A program made the position numbers and the translations under genes. Below, piece by piece: positions 60,561 through 64,000 of a DNA stretch of 64,000 nucleotides; position 1 is the stretch's first letter; every line of letters begins with the position of its first letter. This DNA is from Chiloscyllium plagiosum (taxonomy: Eukaryota). The notes below the pieces were generated by a model. That model was given only the letters and a program-made list of their open reading frames with translations. It was not told the origin of the DNA and ran no database searches. The stretch covers positions 1,381,902 to 1,445,901 of the forward strand of contig NC_057752.1 in NCBI RefSeq assembly GCF_004010195.1, read 5' to 3'.

Positions 60561-62499
60561 TAAGAGGTGACTTCACACAACTTGCACTCTGCTACACTAT
60601 AATCACAACTGATACCCTGCCAAGCTTTTAAACTCCCTGAAGTCAAAATGCATAAGTGTAGCAGGCAGTTGACTCAATTCCACTATTTTCAAATCAATCT
60701 CTCTCTACAGCCTCTGTTTAAGTTCTGGTAGACTTAGGTTTCATGAATATTTGCTCCCTGTGATTAGGCACCTATGTGGTCTTCTTCAGGTGAACCCAGG
60801 CAACTAAGGCAGGTAGGCTATTCAGCCATGTGAGTCATCACCAAAGAGCTCCATCATCTGCTCAACGGATTTCCCCACACACATGCACGTTTTTCCACAA
60901 GGGCTGGTGAAGCCAATTGCTGCTCCCCTGTCCCTGCTGTGGGTGAGATCACCTAATGCAGCGCATTTACAGCATCAAAAACATTCCTGGTTTTAACAGG
61001 GAGAGGAGTACGTCCTGTGGAAGCAGTGTTAATCTTGGCCCGGCTGTGGGTGCAGGTCTCTTGCCAATGTAACTCTGGGACCCCATTTAAATACGCTCAG
61101 CCCAACATCTGCGTGAGCCCAGCGTCGATGGCGTCAGGCAAGAAGCCAAGGACTTGGAGAATGCCACACCAGGATGCAGCCATGTATGGACCCCAGCATT
61201 CAGATTACGTGGTGAGGCACTCACTGGGGTGGGGGTCAGATGCCCACAGGGTGAGGTTTCTTTCTGTGGGCCCTGCAAGGAATTGTTTCAATAAATAAAT
61301 AAGCAACTTTTTCCTTCTCCTTGCTCAGTGTTCCTGCTGAAGCTGGCACAAAACACCATACGCAACTGCTCATTGTCAAATCAACCCACAAGGGGTTCAA
61401 ATCATGCCATCAGGCTTTAATCTTGGCATGTCAATGAGGACTTCACTGGCTCATCTGACAGTGTCCGTTAAAACAATACTGGGCCTTTAACATCATATAT
61501 TACACCTGTTTATCTGGGGCAGTGATCAACTCAGGTACTGTGACAGCTCAACCAACTCTTATTCAGAATGAGTGCTGCCAAGCTCGTAGGTGAAAATGCT
61601 TTGGAAAGAATACTGACCACACAGCGAGAGAGTCAAGGGATGACTGAAACCACTTCACTGAATGAACCACACAATATCAACTGGTGATAATTTAGCTCTT
61701 ACATGCTATTGTGCTGACCAAACCTTCTCCCCCAAGATTAATAGTATGCATTGTTCAAAAATACTACTCCTAAAAACACACAACTTGGCAAAAGATATTG
61801 AAAGATAAAAACAGCACATTTTTTCATAATCGCTTGGAAATAAAAATGGAAAGAAAAGGCTCTCATGGTGATACTCATTTTTTTAAAATCTCAGGATGTC
61901 AACAATTTTTTTTTCAAAACTTAAATGCTGCTGTTGCTGCTCTCCAGGGAGAGAAGAGATTGTGGGAGAAGACCTGGAAGCACATTGCAAATTGGAGCAA
62001 AAGGAAAAGGAATGACTTCCACATTAGGAGGAATTTGTTTTGCTTGCCTCCCTCATGCTGACGTAGGGTCCTCAGTTTAGTTTACAATTCCACAGGCAGC
62101 AAATGCTACCTGGTACCCTTCCCATGTGGCCCTGCCAGGGTATGGTCACATACCATCTCAAAGAATTTTTAAAAATCTGGCAGGTTGTCAGACCATGGGA
62201 ATGGGCGAGGAAGGGATAAAAACAGAAAACAAAGCCAAGCTCAATTCTATCCTCTCACAAAATTCATGATCATGCGTGCACTTTCCAGGGGATGATAAAA
62301 TATAGGACTGGAGAGGACATACCCCTGCCAGGTGCATTTTTGGCAGGGGGAAAGGGCACACACAAAATAAAAATAGGTACGTAGCTCACCACATCCTCAC
62401 CCATCACCATAACATGGAGGGTGGGCACTTGCCAAAAATCAGTAACCTGGCCACCAGAGATTTTCAAAATTAACCAGTTTGGACTTGTTCTGACACACC

Positions 62500-63057
62500 T
62501 AGAACATAGAATCCCTCCAGTGTAGAAGCAGATTATTCAGCCAGTCAAGTCCACACTGACCCTCCGAAGAGTATCCCATCCACAACCCACCCCCAACCCC
62601 ACCCCACCCTGAAACCCTGCATTTCCCATGGCTAGGAGGAGAAAGTGAGGACTGCAGATGCTGGAGATCAGAGCTGAAAATGTGTTGCTGGAAAAGCGCA
62701 GCAGGTCAGGCAGCATCCAAGGAACAGGAGAATCGACGTTTCGGGCATAATTCCTGAAGAAGGGCTTATCCCCAAAACGTCGATTCTCCTGTTCCTTGGA
62801 TGCTGCCTGACTTGCTGCCCATTTCCCATGGCTAATCTACCTAGCCTGCACATTCCTGGACACCACGGAGCAATTTAGCATGGCCAATCCACCATAACCT
62901 ACGCATCTTTGGACAGTGGGAGGAAACCAGAGCACACGGAGGAAACCCACGCAGACACAGGAAGAACGTGCAATCTTCGCACAGACACTCGGCAGAGAGT
63001 GGAATCAAACCGAGGTCCCTGGCGCTGGGAGGCAGCAGTGCTGACCACTGAGCCACT
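62500..63057 (-). mobile_element. HE1-type SINE interrupted by a fold-back element
   Basis: The head is at about 63057, with core and tail on either side of 62635-62819. Confidence 0.85.
62635..62819. mobile_element. Fold-back family-A element with 15-bp TSD
   Basis: TSD catttcccatggcta at 62620-62634 and 62820-62834, with inverted arms. Confidence 0.88.
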
Positions 63058-63629
63058 TTGTTACCTCGGTGACAGGTGGGACTTGAACTCAGAACTTCTA
63101 GCCCAGAGGCAGTACCACTACATCACAAGACCCCTTTGCCCACCCTCCATACAGAACGGAATTAAGCATCAATCGAGCTTGACCAAATCTTTGTTGACCC
63201 GAATATTAACCTGCCCCACCATAATATGATTGGCATTTCAAATGGCAGGGAAGAGGATTGGAGCCTGCTGTCGGCGGGGATTCTTCTGTGAATCAGAAGA
63301 ACTCAGCCATGCCCACCCCCAAGTTGGCCAAACCCTCCTTTACTTCCCTGGGTCTTGCATTCATTGTGATCTTCACCTTGGGACTGTCTGGAAACATTCC
63401 CCCTGCTCCCATCTCCTTTTTCTCACCTTTCAACAAAGACCTTTTGATCTGATTGGACCACCACATTTTAACTTTTCATTAATGAGGGGGCATGAGTTTC
63501 CCACTCACCACTGATTTAATCTCAAACATCTGACTGAATCACAACTTCTCCAAATTAAAGGAGCATGCAGGGCAAGCAAATGTAAGGAAAGGAGATTCTC
63601 CCAACTAAATGCTGTGACCCTAAAGTTAT

Positions 63630-63955
63630 GGGCGGCACGGTGGCACAGTGGTTAGCACTGCTGCCTCACAGCGCCTGAGACCCGGGTTCAATTCCCGCCT
63701 CAGGCGACTGACTGTGTGGAGTTTGCACGTTCTCCCCGTGTCTGCGTGGGTTTCCTCCGGGTGCTCCGGTTTCCTCCCACAGTCCAAAAGATGTGCAGGG
63801 TCAGGTGAATTGGCCATGCTAAATTGCCCGTAGTGTTAGGTAAGGGGTAAATGTAGGGGTATGGGGTGGGTTTCGCTTCGGCAGGTCGGTGTGGACTTGT
63901 TGGGCCGAAGGGCCTGTTTCCACACTGTAATGTAATGTAATCTAATCTAATCTAA
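63630..63955 (+). mobile_element. Young HE1-type SINE
   Basis: Full length, with the flanking duplication ctaaagtt at 63620-63627 and 63952-63959. Confidence 0.92.
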
Positions 63956-64000
63956 AGTTCTGCTGAAATGCTGATTATTTAATCCCTTAAACGCAACGTG

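Overview
Vertebrate genomic DNA, very likely from a shark or other elasmobranch, judged from HE1-type tRNA SINEs with HER1/CR1-like partner LINEs. Much of the window is interspersed repeat, and nearly all ORF-track entries are repeat fragments or noise. The only intact coding sequence I can support is the last two exons of BLOC1S1 (GCN5L1/BLOS1) on the minus strand: 18189-18321 and 4451-4558, with a poly(A) signal at 4159-4164. Exons 1-2 were not found, so everything from about 18.3 kb to the end is probably one very large intron. The last intron carries a decayed CHCHD2-like retrocopy headed by a tRNA-Phe-like pseudogene, and a 5S rRNA pseudogene abutting a tRNA-SINE head. The most striking signal is a set of about 18 Penelope-derived pieces, mostly 80-240 bp terminal fragments in at least three sequence families. 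Many are fold-back inverted repeats, several have 8-15 bp target-site duplications, and the best-preserved carry a minimal hammerhead-ribozyme core (CUGAnGA-A-stem II-GAAA-NN-UH) with family-specific compensatory stem II sequences. Repeat boundaries are approximate because they were read by eye. There are N gaps at 49501-49515 and 53798-54303.
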